Shown piece by piece: positions 1-9,645 of a DNA stretch of 64,000 nt. Below the pieces are notes generated by a model that saw only the letters and a list, made by a program, of their open reading frames with translations, was not told the DNA's origin and did no database searches. Source of the DNA: a virus; the IMG/VR virus record IMGVR_UViG_3300018080_000107. One strand, 5' to 3'. How positions within the stretch are numbered: the stretch's first letter is position 1; every line of letters begins with the position of its first letter. The position numbers and the translations under genes were made by a program.

Positions 1-2039
1 ATGCTCCACGTACCTATGGTAAACCCTCCAACGTGCTCCTCTTCGCTTCCAGCGGCTGCAAACGCTACGCCACCCATCATGCCAGAAGCATCATGCTTTC
101 TAAGCGCATCTACATACCCACCAATGCCAACAAAGTCATAGGCGGCATCACCTAACATATATCCGCCAATATCTCCAGTTACAGATGGGGCCTCAGCGAG
201 TGTTGCGCCACCAATGTCTCCAGAAGACGATGGTGCATCGGAATACATGATTCCACCAACAGCATTATTTTGACCACCCTTGATACCTTCTACCCAACAT
301 CCAATAAAACCAGATACTGGCATTGGGGCATATACATATCCACCGACGTTAATATTTTGACTGCCAAAAACACCTTCAGCCCAACCACCAATAGAGCCTG
401 AAGTTTCTCCATGCACAGCTTCAGATATTCCGCCGATAGAACCAGATGTTTGAGCATGACTTAATATATATCCACCAATATTACTTGAATTTTCTACAGT
501 TGCATATCCTTCAAGATAGTCAAGCTTAATCATATACTCGTTTGTAACAAAGTCTGGTGGACAAATGTTTCCACTTGCTTGACCAACAGCAGCAAAGAAT
601 GGAAATGTCGAAAAACGAAATTGTTCAAAGTATGCCTTTGTGTAATAATCAGGAGAAATAGTATTCCCGCCGCAAAATCTGCACGTCCCAGGTTGATTTG
701 TCGAATGGTACGCCAATGTGCTACTTATTGCATTTCCGGCCTTTTTGAAAACACCGTTGATGTAAGCTACTATTGTGCTCTCCCCGCCAAGTCCGTCCAT
801 GTATGCTATTCTTACATGATTCCAGTTATTTGTTTTCCAGGTGGAGTCGATAGGGATTGTTACATCTTCTACCTCATTGCCTGGTCCATTCCAATAATAA
901 AGCACTTGTAAATCTGGCGACACACCAGAAGAATATTGCACAACTAATTCATCACTTGATTCATCAAATTTTTTCGAGAAGAGTCTACCAGAAGGTTGAC
1001 TGCCCACATCGCGCACCCAAAAATCAATACACCAATTTCCACTTGGGATTGTCCAATTTTCACCAGTGGCTTCAATGTAAGAATATTGATCTGGATCATA
1101 GCTTGCGTCTACGCCATGAACATGAATCGCAGCATCCAGTTTGGCAAAGTATGGATATGTGCCACTACCATGAGCGTCTAAATCAACCCACCCTTTATCA
1201 AGTGAATTGTCTTCATTTTCTGATGTCGCCGCATTCCATGTATTATTTGCTTGTCCTGTTGTGCGCTCAGTCTTGTCATAAAAATCATACCAATTTCCAA
1301 CAGCAGGATCATCATTGAGTAGATATAAAAATCTATCATAAAATCCAGACGTTGCACCATTTGGATTGTAGCCAGATGCAGGTGTGTACGGAGCCTGTGG
1401 AAAATTGTAGTTGGTATATGTGCCACTTGGCGGATTTAAAGTTTCCCCACTTGGATTGCCGAAATAAATATAGTATCCCCAACCAATATTGCCAAGTTGT
1501 TTGCTTATGTCTATTCCAACAGGAATGTCATTTACAACCTGAAAGTATATTTTGTGTTGATTTTTTAGTTCAGTTATCTTATATGGAAGATTCCAATGTC
1601 GATAAGAAGCACCAACGCCACTTGTGAATATAATTCTAACATCTTCAAAGCTATCACCTTGAATATACCCAAGTGCTTTTAGGTTTTGTAGATCAACGGT
1701 AAAGCCGAGATAATTGATACCTGATGTGTATGGACCACAAATTGCGTTGTCTTTATTTTCGGTTTGGATATCATCGTGATCTGGCTTTCTATCTGGATAA
1801 CCAAGGGGTGTCGCAAGCATTTGTCTAAATGCCCAGCGAGTATCCCACCAATCTCCAGCCTCACCAGAATACTCAAGGTCCATAGTCACTGGCCAAATCA
1901 AAGACTCGCCAACGTTGTACGGACGAATATGCACTGTGATTGGAGAGTGAGAATCACCCACTTCATAACGGCCTAAAGCCGGAAAGATCAGCACACTTTC
2001 GAATGGTGCGCCTAATACTCCACTCTCACCTATTGGCAT
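1..2039 (-). CDS. Virion/baseplate-associated protein, DUF2341-like N-terminus plus LamG-like domain and IGG repeats; runs off the left edge (partial)
   Basis: Not in the ORF track. I translated both ends manually from ATG 2039 (MPIGESGVLG...WWDTRWAFR...FEDVRII...YYIYFGNP). Paralogous to 3565..5859; the distal part has ~13-aa SGxIGG(Y) repeats. Confidence 0.75.
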   Translation of the reverse strand, partial: MPIGESGVLGAPFESVLIFPALGRYEVGDSHSPITVHIRPYNVGESLIWPVTMDLEYSGEAGDWWDTRWAFRQMLATPLGYPDRKPDHDDIQTENKDNAICGPYTSGINYLGFTVDLQNLKALGYIQGDSFEDVRIIFTSGVGASYRHWNLPYKITELKNQHKIYFQVVNDIPVGIDISKQLGNIGWGYYIYFGNPSGETLNPPSGTYTNYNFPQAPYTPASGYNPNGATSGFYDRFLYLLNDDPAVGNWYDFYDKTERTTGQANNTWNAATSENEDNSLDKGWVDLDAHGSGTYPYFAKLDAAIHVHGVDASYDPDQYSYIEATGENWTIPSGNWCIDFWVRDVGSQPSGRLFSKKFDESSDELVVQYSSGVSPDLQVLYYWNGPGNEVEDVTIPIDSTWKTNNWNHVRIAYMDGLGGESTIVAYINGVFKKAGNAISSTLAYHSTNQPGTCRFCGGNTISPDYYTKAYFEQFRFSTFPFFAAVGQASGNICPPDFVTNEYMIKLDYLEGYATVENSSNIGGYILSHAQTSGSIGGISEAVHGETSGSIGGWAEGVFGSQNINVGGYVYAPMPVSGFIGCWVEGIKGGQNNAVGGIMYSDAPSSSGDIGGATLAEAPSVTGDIGGYMLGDAAYDFVGIGGYVDALRKHDASGMMGGVAFAAAGSEEEHVGGFTIGTWS

Positions 2040-2053
2040 ACCTTACCTCTACC

Positions 2054-3556
2054 TTATAGTTCGGTGTTATAACCATGCATTCTAAACATGACACCATTAT
2101 GTTCTCCTACGCCTAAATCAGTTGCCCAATCCCATACAAACTGATATCCACTTCCAGGAGGACTTGTTAAAACATCATCCATTCCAAGTGCTGTTGTGTT
2201 GTCTCCTTCTCCAGCTTTTCTGGTTGCTACATTCCATGTTGCTCCACCATCAGTAGAGTATTCTGGAACAACTGTTACGCCAGATCCAATTGCTTCTCTA
2301 TAAATCGCATAATCAAAAGTAATTTTTGTTCCGTCTATTGTGTATGTTCCACTGGATTCAACGTCTGGTGCATCTGGACTAAAATATTGATATCCTAATT
2401 GTCCATAGCCACCACCTCCACCAAGGCCGCTTAGTGCTGTGCCATATGGATTGGGTGCTCCAGCAAAAGTATATTCTGATCCAGTATCGGTAGTTTTATT
2501 GACAAAGAAAAGTCTATGCTCGCCATTCGGATCAACACATCCCTTAATGTGATGATAGGCAGAACTAATAGCAGATGGTAAATATTCTGTTACATTAGTC
2601 CAATCAACAGAATTTGTACTTTTCAACATTACAACGCCGCTTGCACTTGCTCCAACTCCACTTGCGTTTAGAAATGCATATAGCGAGCCTTCATGATTGC
2701 AAATATAACATCCATGACCAGCTACTTCTCCAGCATCTGCATTAACGGTAGATCCAAACCATCCATCATAAATATTTGGTACAGTATCTGTTAGGTCTGC
2801 AATTTCGGTTGCTTGTGCAGATTCTACATCCAAAAGTTTCCCGTCTGCTCCAAGACACAAAAGACCGTTCGTAGTGCCTTCGTTAAACTGGACAAAACTT
2901 CTGGCGCATCCTTGATCAACTTCTGGATTGCCAGCAGCACCAGTTTCTGGAATTACCCAAACTTGTGTTAAGACTCCTGTTGGTGGAACCATTTTAACAA
3001 TGAAATGTTCCGAACAAACATAAATTGCTCCTTTGTGAGCAACCGCATCACACAGAAACGCACAACACTGCATACTTGTACTATAGGTTCTATCGAATTC
3101 CAACGCCCATTGATTTGTTGCCCCAGTGTCAGTTAAAGTAGTGTCCTCTCCTGTAAAATATCCATAACGAACCGTATTGTAATTTGTAGCTCCCGTTACA
3201 TTTTCATTTTCCATATAAAAAACATAACAATTATTGCCATATGGTAAAAATAACGGCTGAGATGTTGGACGACTAGTAACTGCTTTAGTCATACTTCCTG
3301 TAAGAACAGTCCAAGTTTCTGATTCACTATTCCATCTACTAGCCTGCCACACTCTCCAACTTGTCATTGTCGTAGTCCATAGGCGTCCTTTAAACCAAGC
3401 ACAAGGCTTGTGATAGATACGAGCATCGTGTGCATAATATTGATCGGTGTAATATCCACCCGCATATGTTGTTTTTGGCAATTGTGCTCCTGGTGTTCCA
3501 CGATAAATTGGAACCGCATCACCGTGCTTGTACATTATAATATTCTGAACACTCAT
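2054..3556 (-). CDS. Baseplate/receptor-binding protein, propeller-like body plus C-terminal beta-sandwich
   Basis: 500 aa; Asp-box-like YSTDGGATW; C-terminal FVWDWATDLG shared with 7714..9642 and 9646..11943. Confidence 0.6.
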   Translation of the reverse strand: MSVQNIIMYKHGDAVPIYRGTPGAQLPKTTYAGGYYTDQYYAHDARIYHKPCAWFKGRLWTTTMTSWRVWQASRWNSESETWTVLTGSMTKAVTSRPTSQPLFLPYGNNCYVFYMENENVTGATNYNTVRYGYFTGEDTTLTDTGATNQWALEFDRTYSTSMQCCAFLCDAVAHKGAIYVCSEHFIVKMVPPTGVLTQVWVIPETGAAGNPEVDQGCARSFVQFNEGTTNGLLCLGADGKLLDVESAQATEIADLTDTVPNIYDGWFGSTVNADAGEVAGHGCYICNHEGSLYAFLNASGVGASASGVVMLKSTNSVDWTNVTEYLPSAISSAYHHIKGCVDPNGEHRLFFVNKTTDTGSEYTFAGAPNPYGTALSGLGGGGGYGQLGYQYFSPDAPDVESSGTYTIDGTKITFDYAIYREAIGSGVTVVPEYSTDGGATWNVATRKAGEGDNTTALGMDDVLTSPPGSGYQFVWDWATDLGVGEHNGVMFRMHGYNTEL

Positions 3557-3564
3557 TGTTACTC

Positions 3565-5859
3565 CTACCTATTGTATCCTATTTTCAAAGTATCACAAAC
3601 ATAGATACCTCTTGAATCCTCAAGTCTTATCCAAGGTGTATAATTGCCTGGCATTGCATAGTATGCGATTTGTGCAACAGCATTGTTGTATTGTGTAATT
3701 CCATTTCCATAGTCCCAATATAGTGTATGTGATCCAACAACACCAGATGTAGCAGCAGTCAAATCAACCGCTAACTGATTAGGAACATATCCAGTGCGTG
3801 GTAGCCCACTTAATGATACTCCAGGAATTTCATCAAGGGTTAATCCAGAAGCCAAATTCAAATCAGCATTTGCACTTCCTGCACGACCATAGCTATCCTT
3901 AACAATAACAATTGGTTTATAAACTCCACTATGAGAATAGGTATGTGTTGCGCTCCACACGTCTCCACTTGTAACAGGATTTGTGATATCAGTATAATCG
4001 TTATCTCCCCAAATTATTGTTACAGAATGAATGCCACTGCTATATGGTTGATTTTGATTACTATATGCTCTACCCGAAGCAGCTATTGTATAGGTAGCTG
4101 GCAAATTATAGCCGTCATAATCACTTGTCTCTTCGATAATCTCCACATATGGATTTAATTGAATCTTTGTTATGTTCATTCTTCCGTCGAAAAGCTCATG
4201 ATTTTCTGATTGAACAGTTACTGTTGCATCAAACTCGTCTGTAGCTTGTCCGTATAAGGTCAACAATGAATTTGCTCCAAATGCTTGATCTGGCACAATT
4301 TCATTATTTGCTTTTATCAATCCTCTATTTAGACTTTCAATTGAGTGTAAATCAATATCACCATAACTTCCAAGGCTAATACCACCAAATGTTCCGCTCG
4401 CTTCAGCTAAACAAAATGCAATACCACCCATAAATCCAGATTGAACGGGACTAAGAGCCCATACATGTCCACCAACAGAATTGTCTTGACCCATACGTCC
4501 AAGCACATAGGCTCCAACAAATCCAGACTGTTCTGAATACGGAGATTCAGACAAAACTGCGCCGCCAACTATTCCTGATTGTTGATTGTATAAAGTTGTT
4601 GTTCCAAGATATCCAATATATTGATTGTCTATCCAATCTGGTCTACACATATATAATTCATCTGCGCCCGTACCACTAATAGCAGGCAACACAAAGGTAC
4701 TATATCTAAATTGCTCCAGGTATCCCTTAAAGAATGTTCCAGCATTATTAAATGCTGTATTGTCGGCCAATCTTCCAAGCCAACAAGAAGTAGGATCGCC
4801 TGCAAAAAACGTCGTATCTTCTGCAACATTATTTGTGTTGTCACTAATAGAAAGCGCATTGACCAATTCGCCATCCATATAAATATGAATTTTGCTATGT
4901 AGATATCCTCCACCAGTTCGATATGACATTCTAAAATGACGCCATGTCTGCATTGGAATATAGCCAGTATTGACTTGTTGTCTTAATTCACGTTGTGACG
5001 TAAACAAACAGTTTGCTTCTGTTCTGTAGCTACCAACACCAGCAAGTGAGTGACCCCACCAAACGTAAACCATTTTTTCTTGTTCTGCGACTGGAGTAGC
5101 TTGTTTCAATTTACAAAATATATTATGTGTTGGATAAAAAACAGAACCATGAGGCATTGGGTAAACCCAAAAATCTACAGACCAATTGCCTGAAGGATGG
5201 CCCCAGTGATTATGTTCATTCTGTGGAATTTCAATAAAAGAACCACTAACCTCACTTGTATAAGTTGGATCAAAATATGTTGATTGGTCTAATATGCCAG
5301 AATGTCCTGGCTGGATGTTTTGATGATGACGACTTATACCACTGCCATGATTAGTGCAGTCCTCAAATATTCCATTGTGGCTTGCTGGTGAATCAGATAG
5401 CCTAAGAAAGTGTTTGTCAAGATAAGTTCCATACGCAGTTTCATGTCCGCTTGGGTGGCAGCTATATGGTGCCTTTGGAAAGTTAATATTCAAATAATCA
5501 TCTGATTGTTCGGAGGTATATGAAGCACCGTTGCCATAATACAAATAGTAAATACCGTTATCTGGATGAGAAATATTTTCATTCGCCCCAGCGTCATGTT
5601 GTATCGCAAAGAAAACTCTATTTGGAGTTGGTCCGTCAGCTACATAAAGCGGCACATTAATATTGTGCGTAGGTTTTTGACAGACAACCCTCAAATCTGC
5701 GTAATCTGATCTTAACAATTCTTGACTAATCAAAGTTGCTAAATCAGCATCCAATCTGACAAAGTGTACTCCGCTCTGGTGTGGAGAACCATTAAGCGGT
5801 GTATTTATTACACTTCTACCTTGCCAATCTGTATTCCACCAAGCATTTAAGTCAGCCAT
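3565..5859 (-). CDS. Virion structural protein: DUF2341-like + LamG-like + PKD/Ig-like domains
   Basis: WWNTDWQGR/DLRVV/YYLYYGN; WSVDFWV...IYMDGEL...FKGYLEQFR; PKD-like IIWGD...HTYSHSGVY and YWDYGNG...YAMPGNY. Confidence 0.7.
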   Translation of the reverse strand: MADLNAWWNTDWQGRSVINTPLNGSPHQSGVHFVRLDADLATLISQELLRSDYADLRVVCQKPTHNINVPLYVADGPTPNRVFFAIQHDAGANENISHPDNGIYYLYYGNGASYTSEQSDDYLNINFPKAPYSCHPSGHETAYGTYLDKHFLRLSDSPASHNGIFEDCTNHGSGISRHHQNIQPGHSGILDQSTYFDPTYTSEVSGSFIEIPQNEHNHWGHPSGNWSVDFWVYPMPHGSVFYPTHNIFCKLKQATPVAEQEKMVYVWWGHSLAGVGSYRTEANCLFTSQRELRQQVNTGYIPMQTWRHFRMSYRTGGGYLHSKIHIYMDGELVNALSISDNTNNVAEDTTFFAGDPTSCWLGRLADNTAFNNAGTFFKGYLEQFRYSTFVLPAISGTGADELYMCRPDWIDNQYIGYLGTTTLYNQQSGIVGGAVLSESPYSEQSGFVGAYVLGRMGQDNSVGGHVWALSPVQSGFMGGIAFCLAEASGTFGGISLGSYGDIDLHSIESLNRGLIKANNEIVPDQAFGANSLLTLYGQATDEFDATVTVQSENHELFDGRMNITKIQLNPYVEIIEETSDYDGYNLPATYTIAASGRAYSNQNQPYSSGIHSVTIIWGDNDYTDITNPVTSGDVWSATHTYSHSGVYKPIVIVKDSYGRAGSANADLNLASGLTLDEIPGVSLSGLPRTGYVPNQLAVDLTAATSGVVGSHTLYWDYGNGITQYNNAVAQIAYYAMPGNYTPWIRLEDSRGIYVCDTLKIGYNR

Positions 5860-6296
5860 TTATGTTCGCCAGTAATAATATCTATAATCAATTTCGCAAC
5901 CCGTTTTCCATTTTCTATGTATCCTACACTAACGAAATTGTTGGCTCCCTGTGCAATTTTATGAGTAGTGACAAGATACTCAGGATGTCCATCTAGTCTC
6001 AAATGTTCGGTTATATATACCCGTGCCTTGTCTTTTAATCCCATTGGATTTCTTACTCTAAATCGATGTCTCGATTCTCCGAAAGCATATCCTATTGCTG
6101 CGTCCTCACCTTCCATATTGCCTATTGTTTCTATCATTCCAGTAGTCGCTGTGAAAAAAACAAGAGGCTCGGTGCCTTTTGGAAGTTTGACCTGGAATTT
6201 TTTTTCTTCATTCGTCAATGTAGCTATTAAGTTTGTAATATGCAAATAGTCTACACCTTCGATTCGCTCAACATGAGTAGAAAAAGTCTTGTTCAT
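5847..6296 (-). CDS. Hypothetical protein (baseplate region)
   Basis: 149-aa ORF with GGAGG RBS, packed in the operon. Confidence 0.6.
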   Translation of the reverse strand: MNKTFSTHVERIEGVDYLHITNLIATLTNEEKKFQVKLPKGTEPLVFFTATTGMIETIGNMEGEDAAIGYAFGESRHRFRVRNPMGLKDKARVYITEHLRLDGHPEYLVTTHKIAQGANNFVSVGYIENGKRVAKLIIDIITGEHKWLT

Positions 6297-6304
6297 ACGT
6301 CCTC

Positions 6305-7012
6305 CTAATAATCCGTATGTGTTCCAGAACCAGTTCCAATATGTATGTGTGAAAATTCACTGGCCCAATCATACGTGAAACGCCAATGCAAATCAGTAAG
6401 TCCTAATCCGCCATATCGTCCTACCGGATACGTCCCTTCCGGTAAAATAATAGAAGAATAAATAATTTGCGTTCTTTCAAATCCCACTCCGCTTAACCAC
6501 GGCACACCGTCAATTCTTGAAATATTAGGTGTATCTGGCAATCCAGAGGGTACTTCAAATGCTCCGTAAGCCCCACTTGGCAGGACAAGATTCCTCACCC
6601 ATTCACCACTGGGCAACATCTGTATATACGGATTTAAGCCACTGGCACGCAACCCACTAAACGCTGTAGTGTTGTCCATCCACAATTTCATGTTAAAAAG
6701 CGTAATATCCGTGGATACCTGTTGTCCATCGTCCCATTTCGGCATAAATATAAAAGCAGCCGTTCTTGATGTCCATTGTGACGTATGCACATTAACTCCA
6801 GAACCAAAATTAATAAATCCAGATGGCTCTATCGATATCGCAGGACAAGAGCCTGCAAGTTGTTCAACGTCTGAGTGGCCAGAAGGCAACACTATATTCC
6901 AAGATTGTGGACCTAAAACCGCATTTGGATCTATTTGCATACAAACTACTTTTGGACGCAAATTTCCAATAACTTGATCAATATAAATTCCAGATTGATT
7001 TACACCAGCCAT
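6305..7012 (-). CDS. Baseplate structural protein (paralogue family with 7022 and 11953)
   Basis: Shared motifs FNMKLWM, QIIY, GRYGG, WRFTYDW. Confidence 0.65.
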   Translation of the reverse strand: MAGVNQSGIYIDQVIGNLRPKVVCMQIDPNAVLGPQSWNIVLPSGHSDVEQLAGSCPAISIEPSGFINFGSGVNVHTSQWTSRTAAFIFMPKWDDGQQVSTDITLFNMKLWMDNTTAFSGLRASGLNPYIQMLPSGEWVRNLVLPSGAYGAFEVPSGLPDTPNISRIDGVPWLSGVGFERTQIIYSSIILPEGTYPVGRYGGLGLTDLHWRFTYDWASEFSHIHIGTGSGTHTDY

Positions 7013-7021
7013 TATATTCTC

Positions 7022-7705
7022 CTAGTCGAATAGCGAATAGATGTTGTCAAGTGAATAAGTAATGCGGATTCTGAATCCCCTCGTATACTTCCCACCATAT
7101 TCGCCAGGTAGCACCGTCCCACTTGCCGCCATTGCAAAATACATAAATTCTGACACATCAGCATCTCCAGACGCATGTATGGTCAATCCACCATCTTGAC
7201 GATATAAGTTCTGTAAAGATGGCACTGTTGTTCCCAAAGCCTCGTCAAAACAATCTTGCCATGAGAATGTTTCTGTTGGTCGCCAATCTTGATAGTGGCG
7301 ATATCCGACTTTAAAATCTTTGATTAGAAAATCGCTTGTGTCAGATAACCACACTCTCATATGAGTGATACGTGTTTGCCAGCATTCCTGTGACGCAACT
7401 CGCAGTGTCATACATCTTGTATCACTTATACCACTACCATAACTAATATTTACATCGTTGAAATCTAACGGCACAATAATTTGGTCGTTAAGTGTTCCCA
7501 TGCCACTTCCAACAACGCCCATAAATGATTCATGACTTTGGATATGTCGTGATCCAGTCGGGTCACTTTTTTCCAAATTCCAAATATATAATTCTGGTAC
7601 AATGTATACGTGAGGCATAGCAAATGATCTTGTCTCAAATGCAGGACCATGTTTATAATTCAATGCAGTCGGCATTGATTCTCGCCATAGACCATATCTA
7701 TTCAT
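7022..7705 (-). CDS. Baseplate structural protein (paralogue family with 6305 and 11953)
   Basis: ITHMRVWLSDTSDF, DADVSEFMY, GEYGG, FRIRITY. Confidence 0.65.
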   Translation of the reverse strand: MNRYGLWRESMPTALNYKHGPAFETRSFAMPHVYIVPELYIWNLEKSDPTGSRHIQSHESFMGVVGSGMGTLNDQIIVPLDFNDVNISYGSGISDTRCMTLRVASQECWQTRITHMRVWLSDTSDFLIKDFKVGYRHYQDWRPTETFSWQDCFDEALGTTVPSLQNLYRQDGGLTIHASGDADVSEFMYFAMAASGTVLPGEYGGKYTRGFRIRITYSLDNIYSLFD

Positions 7706-7713
7706 TGCGTCTC

Positions 7714-9642
7714 CTATATATTGCTAACGCTCGGAATAATCCGCAGCTTTGTGTATGGATATTCAACATTGTAACCAATGCTCTTTACAAAATCCCAATA
7801 AAATGTATGCCATTCTCCAGAAGGAGAAGCTGACAAGTTAGTTATTGGATCGCCCATATATTGTAGCGTTTCGTAATTCTTAAAACGATAACAATCTTGC
7901 CAATTAGAACCATCGTCTAATGAGAATTGTATTCTAACATCTAAATCTCTACTCAAGTGATCAAACAGTTGAAAATCTACTACTGCATAATCACGACATT
8001 TGTATACAGCAGGAGTAATATCAGTATCATCAGTAGTGGGAATACCACTTACAGGATAATTTACACCAGATGGCAATCCAACATATGGTCCTTCGTAATC
8101 AAATCCAACAAGTTCACTACCAGCGTGGTATGAAGGATATGGAAACCATCCAAATTTTGTCCACGTTCTTGCATGTGTATCATATCGATATTGATGTCCT
8201 ATTCCAGCAGACTTATCTCCAAAGGTCGTAAAACCTATAGCACCTTGATCTGACATGGTTTGGTATACTACGCGCAAAGTATTGTCTTGTGGATCAGATA
8301 TTGTGTATACATTGCCTGGTCGTTGTTTCATAAGTGTTGGCAAGTCATCAGTTCGATTTTCCCATGTTTCCAAACTGCCCGAAGAAGCAAAGTGGTATGT
8401 TCCAGAACTTGCTCCAAACATAACATGCAACTCGCCATTGTGCTCAAAGAAAGCATTTTTGGTCGAACGATCTATTCCCCATTCTCGCGCATGCAATCCG
8501 CCATAACGCATAGTCAATGGTGCTATATAAGATAGATCAGTAACTCCGCTAATTGTAACATCTGTTTTTGTTGCATTAGGAATAATCTCAGAAACAACAC
8601 CCTTAGCATTGTGCATGTATAGTTTGCCATTATATTTGCATAACCATTTTGGAGTCGGATCATATGCTGTATCAATAGTAGAATCAAGAATTTTCATGTC
8701 GCCATGTCCACTCCCACACTGTATCAAGTGAAAGGCAGAAGTGGCATATATTTTTCCTTGATGTTCTTCGATGTCTAAAATATTGGCATTATACCACGGA
8801 GCATCTGTCAATATACCTTGTCCAGTTGTCCAATAGTCTGTCCATGTTGGCATATTAAATTCACCATGACGACCATTTGTTGTTGGATACGTTCCACTTT
8901 GATAAATGTTGAATGTTGTAAGGCCGCTTCCATTATTAGCTCGTGGGTTATACAAGAATGTGTAATAAAATGGAATTTGACTATTTGACACACCAGGATT
9001 CCAAGTTTCCCGCCCAACAATTTTCATTGCTTCGCCGTTTGTTAAAACAGGATCTTCTTGAACGGAATCAATAAATCCTTCATAAGAAAATGAATGTCGT
9101 TTTACACACCCTATTCCAAAAATATTTCCATTATGTTCTATTAGGCCAATATCCATTCCAGCAACAATAAAACCAAACGGATAAGTCAACCAAGCCTGAT
9201 CTCGATAACTATATCCCCAAACTATTCTTCCGCCAGTACCACTTGGCCATGCATCATCACTAATCGCCTCGTCTGCTCCATCCCATTCTATCATCTTGTA
9301 ATTACCAGCCAATATTTCATCGTTAAATGGTGGAGATGAAATGTACTGCGAGTGACTATGGGTTGTGTATAGCCTTTTGCCAAGAAGTGCCATACCTCTT
9401 TCATTTAAAAATGCGCCTGGTGGTAATGAAAACCTGCCATTGGATGAATGATTGAACATATATTCTGGTGCCATACTGAACGGACTTCCGCCTTCACCAA
9501 TTTTGACAAGCCAATCTGGATTATATTGCTTATCTATAACATCTTGTGTTCGATTTTTCCTTGTCCATTGTGAGAGCATTTTAGGCACTGCCCCATCAAG
9601 AATAAGGATTTTATCGTTGCATCTTTGTGCTATCTTTATCAT
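7714..9642 (-). CDS. Baseplate/receptor-binding protein, propeller-like plus C-terminal beta-sandwich
   Basis: 642 aa; repeated HNG/HQG/YNG blade-like motifs; FSLDDGSNW; FYWDF. Confidence 0.6.
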   Translation of the reverse strand: MIKIAQRCNDKILILDGAVPKMLSQWTRKNRTQDVIDKQYNPDWLVKIGEGGSPFSMAPEYMFNHSSNGRFSLPPGAFLNERGMALLGKRLYTTHSHSQYISSPPFNDEILAGNYKMIEWDGADEAISDDAWPSGTGGRIVWGYSYRDQAWLTYPFGFIVAGMDIGLIEHNGNIFGIGCVKRHSFSYEGFIDSVQEDPVLTNGEAMKIVGRETWNPGVSNSQIPFYYTFLYNPRANNGSGLTTFNIYQSGTYPTTNGRHGEFNMPTWTDYWTTGQGILTDAPWYNANILDIEEHQGKIYATSAFHLIQCGSGHGDMKILDSTIDTAYDPTPKWLCKYNGKLYMHNAKGVVSEIIPNATKTDVTISGVTDLSYIAPLTMRYGGLHAREWGIDRSTKNAFFEHNGELHVMFGASSGTYHFASSGSLETWENRTDDLPTLMKQRPGNVYTISDPQDNTLRVVYQTMSDQGAIGFTTFGDKSAGIGHQYRYDTHARTWTKFGWFPYPSYHAGSELVGFDYEGPYVGLPSGVNYPVSGIPTTDDTDITPAVYKCRDYAVVDFQLFDHLSRDLDVRIQFSLDDGSNWQDCYRFKNYETLQYMGDPITNLSASPSGEWHTFYWDFVKSIGYNVEYPYTKLRIIPSVSNI

Positions 9643-9645
9643 TGT

